Below are positions 26,749-35,570 of a stretch of 35,570 bases of DNA, piece after piece. The position numbers and the translations under genes are program-made. The notes below the pieces were generated by a model. That model saw nothing but the letters and a program-made list of their open reading frames with translations, was not told the DNA's origin and searched no databases. Source of the DNA: Nitrospinota bacterium. Lineage in GTDB: Bacteria; JADFOP01. Location of the stretch: assembly GCA_022562795.1 (NCBI GenBank), contig JADFOP010000019.1:1-35570 (forward strand), written 5' to 3'. Numbering within the stretch: position 1 is the stretch's first letter; each line of letters opens with the position of its first letter.

Positions 26749-27909
26749 ATGAAAAAAGTATCGATTGTTATTCCGACTCGCAATAGGGCTCACCTTCTAG
26801 ACTATGCCTTGAGAAGCGCTCTAAATCAAACGTACAGAAATCTAGAGATTATAGTGTGTGACAATGATTCAAGCGATAATACGAAAGAAGTAGTGGAATC
26901 ATACGGAAATAACAACCTCATTTACATTCGGACCGACAAAGCCTTATCAATGCCAGACAATTGGGATTTCGCTCTTCTGAAGGCGACCGGGGAGTATATA
27001 ACATATCTAACAGATGACTCATATCTCCTACCAAATACTATTACGACTGTTATGAATGAGTTGGATAAATATAATGCAGATGTCGCTGTCTGGAAACACA
27101 GCGCCTATTTCGCGCATGATTGGCTGGAGCCCGCGAGAAGGAACTTATTATACATCCCCAAGGTAACCTTTAAATCTTACTTAATGAACAGCAAATTAAG
27201 TTTGCAGAGACTATTCGATAATGATGAATCAGTATCCACAATTATTCCAAAAACTTTAAACTCGCTATGTCATCGGTCAATCGTTGAGAATACAGTTCGT
27301 GTTCAGAATCGGTTTTTCTTGCCCTCTTGTCCTGATTATTCTTCAGCAGCAAGCGTAATGTTACATGTCCCAAAATATTTACTCATAGATCAGGCCTTGT
27401 ATATAGACGGTGTGACCAGCTCAAGCATCGGCGCAACCAAGAGTTTCAATATAGGGGAGAGCGCCCAGAAGTTTATCCAAGAATTTGACGAAGGAATAAG
27501 CGAGGTCGCTTTCCTGAAAATTCCCGTATCCCCCGCTGTTATTGGCAAAAGCCTGGAAAGAGTTACGAGCTACTATTTAGACACCTGCCCGGAGATCAAC
27601 ATAAAGAACTTACTCTGCAGTATAAGCGACCGGCTTGTGAAGGTAGAAGTAAATGGAGCCGATGTGAAAGCTTATTGGAAGCTACTCAATGACTATATAG
27701 CTATTCAACCGAGAGAGACAAGATTTGCGACAGCAAAGCAGAAGTGGCTATCTAGATTAAAATGGATGATGGTTAAGAAGATTCGCTCATCTAGCTCGTT
27801 AGAATGGATTGAAAAGGTTAGGAGTCTTCATATTTTAAAGGGAAGCGATTATAATTTCACTAATATCGAAGAGAGTGCAAGAGTAGTCGCTCTGAGGGGG
27901 GGCAAGTAA
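26749..27909 (+). CDS. Glycosyltransferase family 2
   Basis: VSIVIPTRNR; IIVCDNDSSD; YITYLTDD. Stop TAA read directly at 27907-27909. Confidence 0.88.
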   Translation: MKKVSIVIPTRNRAHLLDYALRSALNQTYRNLEIIVCDNDSSDNTKEVVESYGNNNLIYIRTDKALSMPDNWDFALLKATGEYITYLTDDSYLLPNTITTVMNELDKYNADVAVWKHSAYFAHDWLEPARRNLLYIPKVTFKSYLMNSKLSLQRLFDNDESVSTIIPKTLNSLCHRSIVENTVRVQNRFFLPSCPDYSSAASVMLHVPKYLLIDQALYIDGVTSSSIGATKSFNIGESAQKFIQEFDEGISEVAFLKIPVSPAVIGKSLERVTSYYLDTCPEINIKNLLCSISDRLVKVEVNGADVKAYWKLLNDYIAIQPRETRFATAKQKWLSRLKWMMVKKIRSSSSLEWIEKVRSLHILKGSDYNFTNIEESARVVALRGGK

Positions 27910-27943
27910 GGTTGAAGTTGGAAGAAAGTGGTGTTTTGTCGAG

Positions 27944-28996
27944 ATGAATAGGATAAGCGAAATTCCAATGGTTTCGGTCATTATCCCATGCCGGAACGAA
28001 GAGATGTTTATAGGCCAGTGCCTGGAGTCGATCATCAGGAACGATTACCCAAAGGATCGGCTGGAGATTCTCGTCGTGGATGGGATGAGTGATGATGGGA
28101 CCAGGGCGATTCTTGAATCCTATGCTCAAAACTATTCCTTCATCAGCCTCCTAGACAACCCCAAGAAGATAACCCCGGCGGCGCTCAACACGGGGATCAG
28201 GAACGCGAAGGGCGAGGTAATTATCCGTATGGACGCCCACGCAGAGCTGGAAAAGGATTATATCTCGCTAAGCGTTGAGGCTCTTGACAAGTATGGGGCT
28301 GACAATGTGGGCGGAAACATGAAGACCCTTCCGCAAGAAGATGGGCTAATAGGCAGAGCGATTGTTTTTAGCATAAGCCACCGGTTTGGTGTGGGGAATT
28401 CATATTTTAGGATTAACTCGACTGAACCGAGGTGGGTCGATACTGTGTTTGGTGGATGCTACAGAAGGGAGCTCTTTGATCGGGTCGGCCTGTTCAATGA
28501 AAATCTCCCGAGAAGTCAGGATATTGAGTTTAACCTCAGGCTCAAGAAGGCCGGAGGACGGACCCTGCTGGTGCCGGATATTGTGAGCTACTACTATCCG
28601 CGATCGAACATAAAATCGTTTTGGAAGCACAATGTGATGAACGGTGTCTGGGCGATCCTGCCGTTTGTACACAGCGAGGTGATTCCCGTCCGATGGCGCC
28701 ACCTCGTGCCGCTGGCCTTTGTCCTTGGGCTTTTAAGCTCGGCCGCCCTGGCCTTGGTCTCACCGCTTGGCCCGTGGCCGCTGCTCGGCATCTTGGGGGC
28801 GTATGGCGTAGCCAACTTGGTCGCCTCCGCCCATGTGGCCCAAAGAGAAAATGACATTCGTTTTCTCCCGCTGATGCCTGCGATCTTCAGCTGTTTGCAT
28901 CTGGGTTATGGTCTTGGGAGCCTTTTGGGAATATTCAAGGCCATCGCTCACATGCTTTCCAGGGAAAGACTGGCCGAGCTAAGGACCTCGTCCTGA
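27944..28996 (+). CDS. Glycosyltransferase family 2 (ExoA-like)
   Basis: VSVIIPCRNEE; VVDGMSDDGT; RMDAHA; SQDIEFNLRL; C-terminal TM helices. Confidence 0.9.
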   Translation: MNRISEIPMVSVIIPCRNEEMFIGQCLESIIRNDYPKDRLEILVVDGMSDDGTRAILESYAQNYSFISLLDNPKKITPAALNTGIRNAKGEVIIRMDAHAELEKDYISLSVEALDKYGADNVGGNMKTLPQEDGLIGRAIVFSISHRFGVGNSYFRINSTEPRWVDTVFGGCYRRELFDRVGLFNENLPRSQDIEFNLRLKKAGGRTLLVPDIVSYYYPRSNIKSFWKHNVMNGVWAILPFVHSEVIPVRWRHLVPLAFVLGLLSSAALALVSPLGPWPLLGILGAYGVANLVASAHVAQRENDIRFLPLMPAIFSCLHLGYGLGSLLGIFKAIAHMLSRERLAELRTSS

Positions 28997-29061
28997 AGGA
29001 TTTCTCCGGCGGATTAACCCGCTTATTGATCAGGTTGGAAGATTATTGAGAGGATTATCGA

Positions 29062-29856
29062 ATGACAGCCGTTACGCTTGAGAGAAGGAAAGAAGAAGAG
29101 AGGGAGCTACACGATAAGCTCAGGGGCGACCATGTGGACGAGAGCCGTTACTTAACCAACAAGAAATTCTACTCTATCGCATCAAGCAATAGAAGGTTTG
29201 TAGAAGACTGGTTGAAGGAGCGGTGCGAGGGCAAAAAGGTACTGGATTACTGTTGTGGAAACGGGCAGACAGCGATTTTCTGTGCGGAGGCTGGAGCCGA
29301 CTCCTGGGGGATCGATATATCGCCGGTCTCAATTGAAAATGCAGAGGAGCTGGCCAGTGAGAGGGGCGTTAAAGGTAAAACTAAATTTCTTGTTATGGAT
29401 GGTGAGGCAATGGAGTTTCCCGACGCCTTCTTTGACCTCGTAGTGGTCCACGGGGTGCTCCACCATCTCGACCTGGAAAAGGCTTACTCTGAGTTAGCCC
29501 GCATTCTCAAACCCGAAGGCGAAATCATTTCCACCGAAGCGCTTCGTCATAATATATTTATCCACTTGTATAGAAAGATTACTCCTCATTTGAGGACCGC
29601 CTGGGAGGTGGACCACATCTTGGGAAAGAAGGATATTGAGAAGGCGAGGGAATATTTTCACAAGGTGGATGTCGTTAAATTCTTTTACCTGGCTACTATT
29701 GCAGCAATTCCTTTCCGGAATTTTCCGAATTTCTATTTTTTACGAAGGATCCTGGAGGCCGTGGATTCGGTCTTGTTGAGGCTTCCTGTTCTCAAATGGC
29801 AGGCGTGGATGGCGGTGTTTGTGCTCTCTCACCCGAAAAGGGCGACTCCCCTATAA
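29062..29856 (+). CDS. Class I SAM-dependent methyltransferase
   Basis: VLDYCCGNG; GIDISP; FDLVVVHGVLHHL; RILKPEG. GAGAGG RBS. Confidence 0.88.
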   Translation: MTAVTLERRKEEERELHDKLRGDHVDESRYLTNKKFYSIASSNRRFVEDWLKERCEGKKVLDYCCGNGQTAIFCAEAGADSWGIDISPVSIENAEELASERGVKGKTKFLVMDGEAMEFPDAFFDLVVVHGVLHHLDLEKAYSELARILKPEGEIISTEALRHNIFIHLYRKITPHLRTAWEVDHILGKKDIEKAREYFHKVDVVKFFYLATIAAIPFRNFPNFYFLRRILEAVDSVLLRLPVLKWQAWMAVFVLSHPKRATPL

Positions 29857-29878
29857 CCATCAAAGAGCGATTGAGATT

Positions 29879-30547
29879 ATGATAAAAAGGGCGTTTGACT
29901 TCCTGATTTCCCTTCTAGGCCTTCTCGCTCTATCACCAGTTCTCTCGATTTTAGCCTTGTTGATTAAGCTCTCCTCGCCTGGGCCGGTATTCTACCGCGG
30001 CGTACGGGTTGGACGGTATGGCAAGCCGTTTCGAATTTTAAAGTTCCGAACAATGGTCGTGGATGCCGAGCGGATTGGAGGATCGTCTACCCCAGAGGAT
30101 GACCCGCGTATTACAACCGTTGGACGCTTCTTGCGCAAGTACAAACTAGATGAGCTGCCTCAGCTTATCAACGTTTTCAAGGGTGACATGAGCTTCGTTG
30201 GCCCCAGACCACAAGTGCCGTGGGCCGTTGAGCTTTACACGGAAGAGGAGAAAGCCTTGTTGAGCGTGCGGCCTGGGATCACGGACTATGCGTCCATCCG
30301 GTTCAGCAAAGAGGCTGATATATTGCGCGGAAGCGGTGATCCGGACAGGGAGTATCTTGAGAAAATAGCGCCTGAGAAGATCAGGCTTGGCTTGGAGTAT
30401 GTAAGAAACCACTCCCTCCTGGTGGATATTAAAATCATCCTGGCCACTTTCTGGGCCCTAATGAGGGGAAATTCCGGATGGGTATCTGCAATGCCAAAAA
30501 GCTCGGATGGGTCCGTCGAGAACGCCCATCGACAAGAGGTAGCCTGA
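29879..30547 (+). CDS. Undecaprenyl-phosphate phosphoglycosyltransferase (small monotopic PGT, Bac_transf)
   Basis: MIKRAFD; KFRTM; DPRITTVGRFLRKYKLDELPQL; GDMSFVGPRP; RPGIT. ATG 29879 chosen. Confidence 0.92.
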   Translation: MIKRAFDFLISLLGLLALSPVLSILALLIKLSSPGPVFYRGVRVGRYGKPFRILKFRTMVVDAERIGGSSTPEDDPRITTVGRFLRKYKLDELPQLINVFKGDMSFVGPRPQVPWAVELYTEEEKALLSVRPGITDYASIRFSKEADILRGSGDPDREYLEKIAPEKIRLGLEYVRNHSLLVDIKIILATFWALMRGNSGWVSAMPKSSDGSVENAHRQEVA

Positions 30548-30551
30548 GGCC

Positions 30552-31286
30552 ATGAAATCTCTTAGGACCGAAGTCGAGCAACAAGTCGGGAAGAATATTG
30601 AGAGCATTTTTCTCAACTGTTCCGACAGCGTGGAAATCAAACTGGAGAATTTCACGAAATACGTGCGGAGACAGCATCTGAAGCGATTTTTAGCGCTTTA
30701 TGAGGTATTCAAGCTCGTTTTACCCGTGAAAGGGTCTGTTATCGAGTGCGGGGTTTGGCGTGGCTTTAGTTTGATGGCCTGGGCCAAGCTCAGCACGATG
30801 CTGGAACCTGAAAACCTAACGCGGCGTATATACGGTTTCGACACGTTTGAGGGCTTCCCCTCCGTTCATGATATAGATCAGAGCGCGTTTAAAACAAATG
30901 AGAGAGGGGAGCTCAGCTCCCATTCCTATGATGAGCTTTTTCAGCTAATTAAAGAGTATGATGCAGACCGGTTTCTGGGCCACATTGGGAAGGTCGAGTT
31001 GATCAGGGGAGATATGGCTAAGACCATCCCTGAGTTTATCGAGAGGCATCAACACCTCATGGTCAGCTTGCTCTTTATTGACTGCGACCTCTACGAACCC
31101 ACCAGGACGGCCCTCGAGCACTTCCTTCCAAGAATGCCCAAGGGCGCGATCGTTGCCTTCGATGATCTAGATAATCCCATTTGGCCAGGAGAGACACTGG
31201 CAATCTTAGAAACGGTGGGCCTCAACAAGCTTAAACTTCAAAGGCTTGAATGGGATCCGTACATAGCTTACGCCGTTATTGAATAG
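30552..31286 (+). CDS. TylF/MycF/NovP-family O-methyltransferase-like protein
   Basis: KGSVIECGVWRG; IYGFDTFEGFP; LFIDCDLYEPT; AFDDL; WPGE. Confidence 0.8.
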   Translation: MKSLRTEVEQQVGKNIESIFLNCSDSVEIKLENFTKYVRRQHLKRFLALYEVFKLVLPVKGSVIECGVWRGFSLMAWAKLSTMLEPENLTRRIYGFDTFEGFPSVHDIDQSAFKTNERGELSSHSYDELFQLIKEYDADRFLGHIGKVELIRGDMAKTIPEFIERHQHLMVSLLFIDCDLYEPTRTALEHFLPRMPKGAIVAFDDLDNPIWPGETLAILETVGLNKLKLQRLEWDPYIAYAVIE

Positions 31287-32144
31287 GTGGCTGAGGAGAT
31301 GGGCCCGGAGAATACAAGCTTGGAATCAGATGTAGATTACTACCGGTCACTGGCCAAGAGAGTCCGCCAGCACGTCCTCAGAATGACCCATCGTGCTAAG
31401 AGCGCTCATGTTGGGACGTCTTTCTCGATGGTGGAGCTTTTGGCGGTTCTTTATGGAGGCGTGCTGCGGGTCGACCCGGTACACCCCACCTGGGACGAGC
31501 GCGACCGCTTCATCCTGAGCAAGGGGCATGGATGTGCCGGCCTGTACGCCGTTCTCGCCGAATGTGGCTTCATTCCACTCGCGTGGCTGGATGATTTCTG
31601 TAAGGACGGCGCGCGCCTGGCGGGCCATGTCACCCATACGGGGGTTCCGGGCGTGGAGGTCTCTACCGGCTCATTAGGGCATGGGCTTTCGATTGCGTGC
31701 GGGATTGCCTTGGCGGGCAAGCGGGACGAACGGCAATATCGGGTCTTTACTCTCCTGAGCGACGGGGAGTGTGACGAGGGCTCTACCTGGGAGGCGGTGC
31801 TGTTCGCGCCTCATCACAGGCTGGACAACCTGGTTGTCATTGTGGATTACAACAAGATCCAAAGCCTTGGAACGGTGAAAGAGGTTCTTGACCTTGATCC
31901 CTTCGGGGCCAAATGGGAGGCCTTTGGATGGGCGGTACAAGAGATCGACGGTCACGATTTCGAGCAGATCGAAGGCGCGCTGGAAGCGGTTCCGTTTGAA
32001 CCGGGCCGCCCAAGCTGCATCATCGCCCATACGGTCAAGGGCAAAGGGGTCAGCTTCATGGAGAACGAGCTCCTTTGGCATTACCGCTCCCCGGATGATG
32101 AGGAGCTGGCGAGGGCGCTCGCGGAGGTGGGAGGGCAAGAATGA
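31287..32144 (+). CDS. Transketolase, N-terminal (TPP-binding) subunit
   Basis: RDRFILSKGH; STGSLGHG; TPP motif SDGECDEG...DYNKIQ; IDGHD; HTVKGKG. Start may be ATG 31299. Confidence 0.9.
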   Translation: MAEEMGPENTSLESDVDYYRSLAKRVRQHVLRMTHRAKSAHVGTSFSMVELLAVLYGGVLRVDPVHPTWDERDRFILSKGHGCAGLYAVLAECGFIPLAWLDDFCKDGARLAGHVTHTGVPGVEVSTGSLGHGLSIACGIALAGKRDERQYRVFTLLSDGECDEGSTWEAVLFAPHHRLDNLVVIVDYNKIQSLGTVKEVLDLDPFGAKWEAFGWAVQEIDGHDFEQIEGALEAVPFEPGRPSCIIAHTVKGKGVSFMENELLWHYRSPDDEELARALAEVGGQE

Positions 32145-33073
32145 GGACTGCCTTTTTTCGGGCCCTGCTTGATATGGCCGAGCACGACGAGCGGATTAAC
32201 CTCGTTGTCGGGGAGTTGGGGTTTGGCGTTGTTGAACCCTTCGCCGAGCGATTCCCGGAGCGTTTCCTCAATGCGGGCGTCGCCGAGCAGAACATGACCG
32301 GGATCGCCTCGGGGATGGCGCTTAGCGGAAAGGTCGTCTTCACCTACTCTATAGCTAACTTCCCGACGCTCAGGTGCCTCGAGCAGATTCGTAATGATGT
32401 CTGTTATCACAGGGCAAACGTGATAATCGTGGCCGTCGGAGGCGGGTTTGCCTACGGCGCCCTGGGCATGACCCATCATGCGACGGAGGACCTCGCCATC
32501 ATGCGGGCGCTTCCCGAAATGATGGTTGTGGCCCCCGCCGACCCCATCGAAGCGGCAGAGGCGACTCGAGCGGTCGTATCTCAAGCGGGCCCATGCTACC
32601 TGAGGCTTGGCCGGGCGGGAGAGCCAGCCGTTCACCAATCTGGCATTGAGTTTCAACTTGGAAAAGCTATCCCATTGCGGAGCGGCGGCGACATAACGCT
32701 TATCTCCACCGGTGGCCTCCTGGAGACGGCTCTCAAGGTGGCTGATCGACTGGAGGACGACGGGGTTCGGGCGCGGGTGTTGAGCATGCACACGGTAAAG
32801 CCGTTGGATACCGAAGCGGTTTTGGCGGCGGCGCGAGAGACCCAAGCGATAGTCACCCTTGAAGAGCACAGTGTGGTAGGCGGACTCGGGGGCGCGGTGG
32901 CCGAGGTCTTGGCTGAATCGGGTGAATTACATGTTCGCTTCAAGCGGTTGGGCATTCCGTCGGGTTTTTGCTCTTACGTTGGCAGCCAGGAGTACCTCCG
33001 AGGGGTCTGCGGACTCTCGGAAGAGGGGATCTTGAGGTCGCTGAAGCAGATCCTCGACCTCGTCAAGATTTGA
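32141..33073 (+). CDS. Transketolase, C-terminal (pyrimidine-binding + C-terminal) subunit
   Basis: NAGVAEQNM; EQIRND; THHATED; YLRLG; TVKPLD; EEHSVVGGLG. ATGA overlap with the upstream subunit. Confidence 0.9.
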   Translation: MRTAFFRALLDMAEHDERINLVVGELGFGVVEPFAERFPERFLNAGVAEQNMTGIASGMALSGKVVFTYSIANFPTLRCLEQIRNDVCYHRANVIIVAVGGGFAYGALGMTHHATEDLAIMRALPEMMVVAPADPIEAAEATRAVVSQAGPCYLRLGRAGEPAVHQSGIEFQLGKAIPLRSGGDITLISTGGLLETALKVADRLEDDGVRARVLSMHTVKPLDTEAVLAAARETQAIVTLEEHSVVGGLGGAVAEVLAESGELHVRFKRLGIPSGFCSYVGSQEYLRGVCGLSEEGILRSLKQILDLVKI

Positions 33074-33129
33074 AGGAGACGCCTAAGGGGTTCTATGTGC
33101 CTGTCATGTCGCTGATGGAGCCATAAATA

Positions 33130-34242
33130 ATGGATTGGAAAGTGCGGTTTGTCGATTACCCCGCCCAGTTTAAGAAGATGGAAAACGAGATCATGGACTC
33201 CATCAAGACGGTGCTTTCGCAGGGCGACCTCATGCTCCGGCAGCAGTTGCGGGATTTCGAGGCAAGTCTCGCAGCCTTCGTCGGGACCCGCTATGCGGTC
33301 GGCGTCAGCAACTGCACGGACGCGCTCCACCTTACGTTACGCGCCGCAGGAGTGGGCCCTGGGGATGAGGTCGTCACAGTTTCCCATACATTCGTGGCAA
33401 CAGCGGCGGCCATCCACCATGCCGGCGCAACACCGGTATTGGTGGACATCGGTGACGATCACAACATGGACGTGGATCTCGTCGAGCAGGCTATAACCCC
33501 GAGGACCAAGGCTATCCTGCCGGTCCACCTGAACGGACGACTTTGTGACATGGGACGGCTGATGTCATTGGCTGAGAAACATGGATTAGTCATCATCGAA
33601 GATTCTGCCCAGGCGCTCGGCGCCTCCTTCGACGGCCGGTTCGGGGGCTCGTTTGACTTGGCAGGCTGTTTCAGCTTCTATCCGGCAAAAATGCTGGGCG
33701 CCTTCGGCGATGCGGGAGCCGTCGTGACCAACAGTAAGGAGATTGCCGAATCCGTTCGCTTGCTCCGAAACCACGGCAGAACGCCAAACGGAGACGTCGC
33801 GGGCTGGTCGTTCAACAGCCGACTCGACAACGTTCAAGCGGCCTTTCTGGACCTGAAGCTGAAAAAGCTACCCCAATGGATTAGCCGTCGCAGGGACATT
33901 GCGGCGCTCTACCACAGTCAGCTGGCAGGAATTCGCCAGCTCCGCCTGCCCCCACCCCCTACTGACACCGGACCGCATTACGACGTTTTTCAAAACTACG
34001 AGGTCGAGGCGGACGGGCGAGATAGTATGGTCTCCCATTTAAAGGAACGGGGCGTTGAGATTTTGATCCCTTGGGGGGGTAAGGCCGTCCATCAGTTCAA
34101 GGCCCTGGGCCTTTCCCACTTCCGCCTGCCCCGCACGGAACGTTTGTTCCAGGATGCGCTCCTATTGCCCCTCCATGTCGAGTTGGGAGATGATCAGGTC
34201 CGATACGTGTGTCAATGCGTTCAAGATTTCTATGGTAGTTGA
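33130..34242 (+). CDS. DegT/DnrJ/EryC1/StrS PLP-dependent sugar aminotransferase
   Basis: SNCTDAL; GPGDEV; PVHLNG; IEDSAQALG; FSFYPAK (catalytic Lys); NSRLD. Confidence 0.92.
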   Translation: MDWKVRFVDYPAQFKKMENEIMDSIKTVLSQGDLMLRQQLRDFEASLAAFVGTRYAVGVSNCTDALHLTLRAAGVGPGDEVVTVSHTFVATAAAIHHAGATPVLVDIGDDHNMDVDLVEQAITPRTKAILPVHLNGRLCDMGRLMSLAEKHGLVIIEDSAQALGASFDGRFGGSFDLAGCFSFYPAKMLGAFGDAGAVVTNSKEIAESVRLLRNHGRTPNGDVAGWSFNSRLDNVQAAFLDLKLKKLPQWISRRRDIAALYHSQLAGIRQLRLPPPPTDTGPHYDVFQNYEVEADGRDSMVSHLKERGVEILIPWGGKAVHQFKALGLSHFRLPRTERLFQDALLLPLHVELGDDQVRYVCQCVQDFYGS

Positions 34243-34345
34243 CTCTTCGACGCTGACCGGGGGAGCTAGGGTAGGGGCCTCCTCCTTGTCCTTTAAGCAT
34301 AGTAGGTTATAAGCAAACCTTTTTTCCCATGCCGGCATATATCTA

Positions 34346-35570
34346 ATGACCCAGCTTAAGAATTTTATAGAAAAGCTCCATCCCTGGATCATCATTGCGT
34401 TCCAGGCGGGCATCCTGGCGGCTGCTTATCTGGGGGCCTTCCTTCTCCGTTTCGATGGCGCCCTTCCAGAGGAGCAATGGGCTAACGTTTATAAGGTCCT
34501 CCCGCCCCTTTTGCTCATCAAGCTCGTCGTCCTATGGGGCTTCGGCCTCCTGCGCGGGTGGTGGCGGTTCGTCTCCATGCCCGATCTCCTCGCCCTGCTC
34601 AAGGCTAATGTCGGAGCCTCACTACTCCTGGTTCTATACGTCGTTTTTGTACATGGAATTTTGGGATTCCCCCGGTCGGTCTTCTTCATCGACTGGATCC
34701 TGTCCGTATTGGCACTTGGGGGAATTCGCTTTGCCACTAGGGCCTATAGAGAAAAAATCAACGTTGGCCAACTACGCCAGGGGAGGCGGGCCCTGATCGT
34801 GGGAGCAGGCTCTGCGGGCCAGATACTGGTCCGCGAGATGCATCAGAACCCCGATCTGCACCAAATTCCCGTAGGTTTTATCGACGACGACCCGGAAAAG
34901 GCAGGCCACAGCTTCCAGGGAGTTTCCGTCCTTGGACGGGCTTCGTCCATCTGTGAGGTGGTGGAAAAGGAAATGGCAGAGCTAGTAATCATAGCCATTC
35001 CATCTGCGGATGGGGATGAAGTCGAGGCTGTTTTGGCAGAGTGTCGCAAGTGCAGGGTCGAGGTGTTGCTGCTCCCCGGCTTGCGCGACCTCCTCCCTGG
35101 CAGGGTGATGGTCAATCAGCTTAGGAAGGTGGGAGTGGAAGACCTGCTCGGCCGAAAGGCGGCGCGCCTGGATAGCGAACGGATCGCCTCTGACCTGGCG
35201 GGGCAGGTCGTCTTGGTCACTGGGGCGGGGGGATCGATCGGAAGCGAAATCTGCCGCCAGGTCGCCTCCTTCGGCCCTGAGACCCTCGTTCTCTTCGAGC
35301 GCTCCGAAAACAACCTGTACCAGATCGAGCTGGAGCTGGTGAAAAAATTCCCAGGGCTGGATATAGTCCCGGTGATCGGTGATGTTCAGGACCGGGGCCG
35401 GATCGGCTCCTTCATGGACCTCTACAGGCCCTCCATCGTATACCACGCCGCCGCCTACAAGCACGTGCCGATGATGGAGATGAACCCCCTGGAGGCAGTG
35501 AAAAACAATGTGTTGGGGACGCGTGTGGCTGCCGAGGTGGCCGCCAGATACGGTGCCAGGAAGTTCGTAT
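34346..35570 (+). CDS. Membrane-bound NDP-sugar 4,6-dehydratase (PglF/CapD/WbpM family), truncated at window end
   Basis: Not in the ORF track (no stop in window). Open from ATG 34346: MTQLKNF...AFLLRFDG, TMs, ALIVGAGSAG, GFIDDD, VEDLLGR, VLVTGAGGSIGSEICRQ, HAAAYKHVP. Confidence 0.9.
   Translation, partial: MTQLKNFIEKLHPWIIIAFQAGILAAAYLGAFLLRFDGALPEEQWANVYKVLPPLLLIKLVVLWGFGLLRGWWRFVSMPDLLALLKANVGASLLLVLYVVFVHGILGFPRSVFFIDWILSVLALGGIRFATRAYREKINVGQLRQGRRALIVGAGSAGQILVREMHQNPDLHQIPVGFIDDDPEKAGHSFQGVSVLGRASSICEVVEKEMAELVIIAIPSADGDEVEAVLAECRKCRVEVLLLPGLRDLLPGRVMVNQLRKVGVEDLLGRKAARLDSERIASDLAGQVVLVTGAGGSIGSEICRQVASFGPETLVLFERSENNLYQIELELVKKFPGLDIVPVIGDVQDRGRIGSFMDLYRPSIVYHAAAYKHVPMMEMNPLEAVKNNVLGTRVAAEVAARYGARKFV

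Noticed and set aside
27907-27909. ORF track end of 27907 for the GT2 gene, which could imply a frameshift
   Set aside because: Direct reading gives TAA at 27907-27909 in frame with ATG 26749 (386 aa). It is a coordinate discrepancy in the track.
31284-31289. In-frame TAG-GTG junction suggesting amber read-through fusing the TylF-like protein to transketolase
   Set aside because: Both proteins are complete as stand-alone family members and no recoding signal is evident. Ordinary translational coupling explains it.
134-35464. Many alternative-frame ORFs in the track (e.g. 134-679, 406-1050, 6364-6996, 7525-8199, 32081-32869, 34395-34796, 34982-35464)
   Set aside because: They overlap well-supported genes, lack family motifs and are typical shadow ORFs of GC-rich DNA.

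Overview
Bacterial (diderm, GC-rich, likely environmental) chromosomal window with three parts. (1) 1-4226: the 3' end of a membrane-protein gene, a REP-like palindrome, a sodium:solute symporter and ftsK. (2) 4442-9321: an orphan Flp (type IVc/Tad) pilin gene with a consensus sigma54 promoter (TGGCAC-N5-TTGCA). Directly upstream and co-oriented is an unusual sigma54 enhancer-binding protein built as pseudo-receiver + PAS + degenerate GGDEF (intact RxxD I-site) + intact AAA+ (GAFTGA) + HTH. A divergent acyl-CoA synthetase follows. (3) 9543 to the window end: a Wzx/Wzy-dependent surface-polysaccharide locus. Its export unit (OM beta-barrel, non-lipoprotein short OPX, Wzc) has a sigma70-like promoter. 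A second sigma54-like promoter with palindromes and a 20-bp tandem repeat precedes the rest: a WaaL/O-OTase-like TPR protein, a secreted glycoside-hydrolase-like protein, a CDP-C-methyl-deoxysugar cassette, wzx, an AT-rich wzy + GT2 block, a second GT2, more methyltransferases, a phosphoglycosyltransferase, a split transketolase, a DegT aminotransferase and a truncated PglF/CapD-like dehydratase. The most interesting hypothesis (inference) is a c-di-GMP-sensing sigma54 activator controlling Flp pilin and possibly the glycan operon. All calls come from reading motifs by eye; no database search was run.
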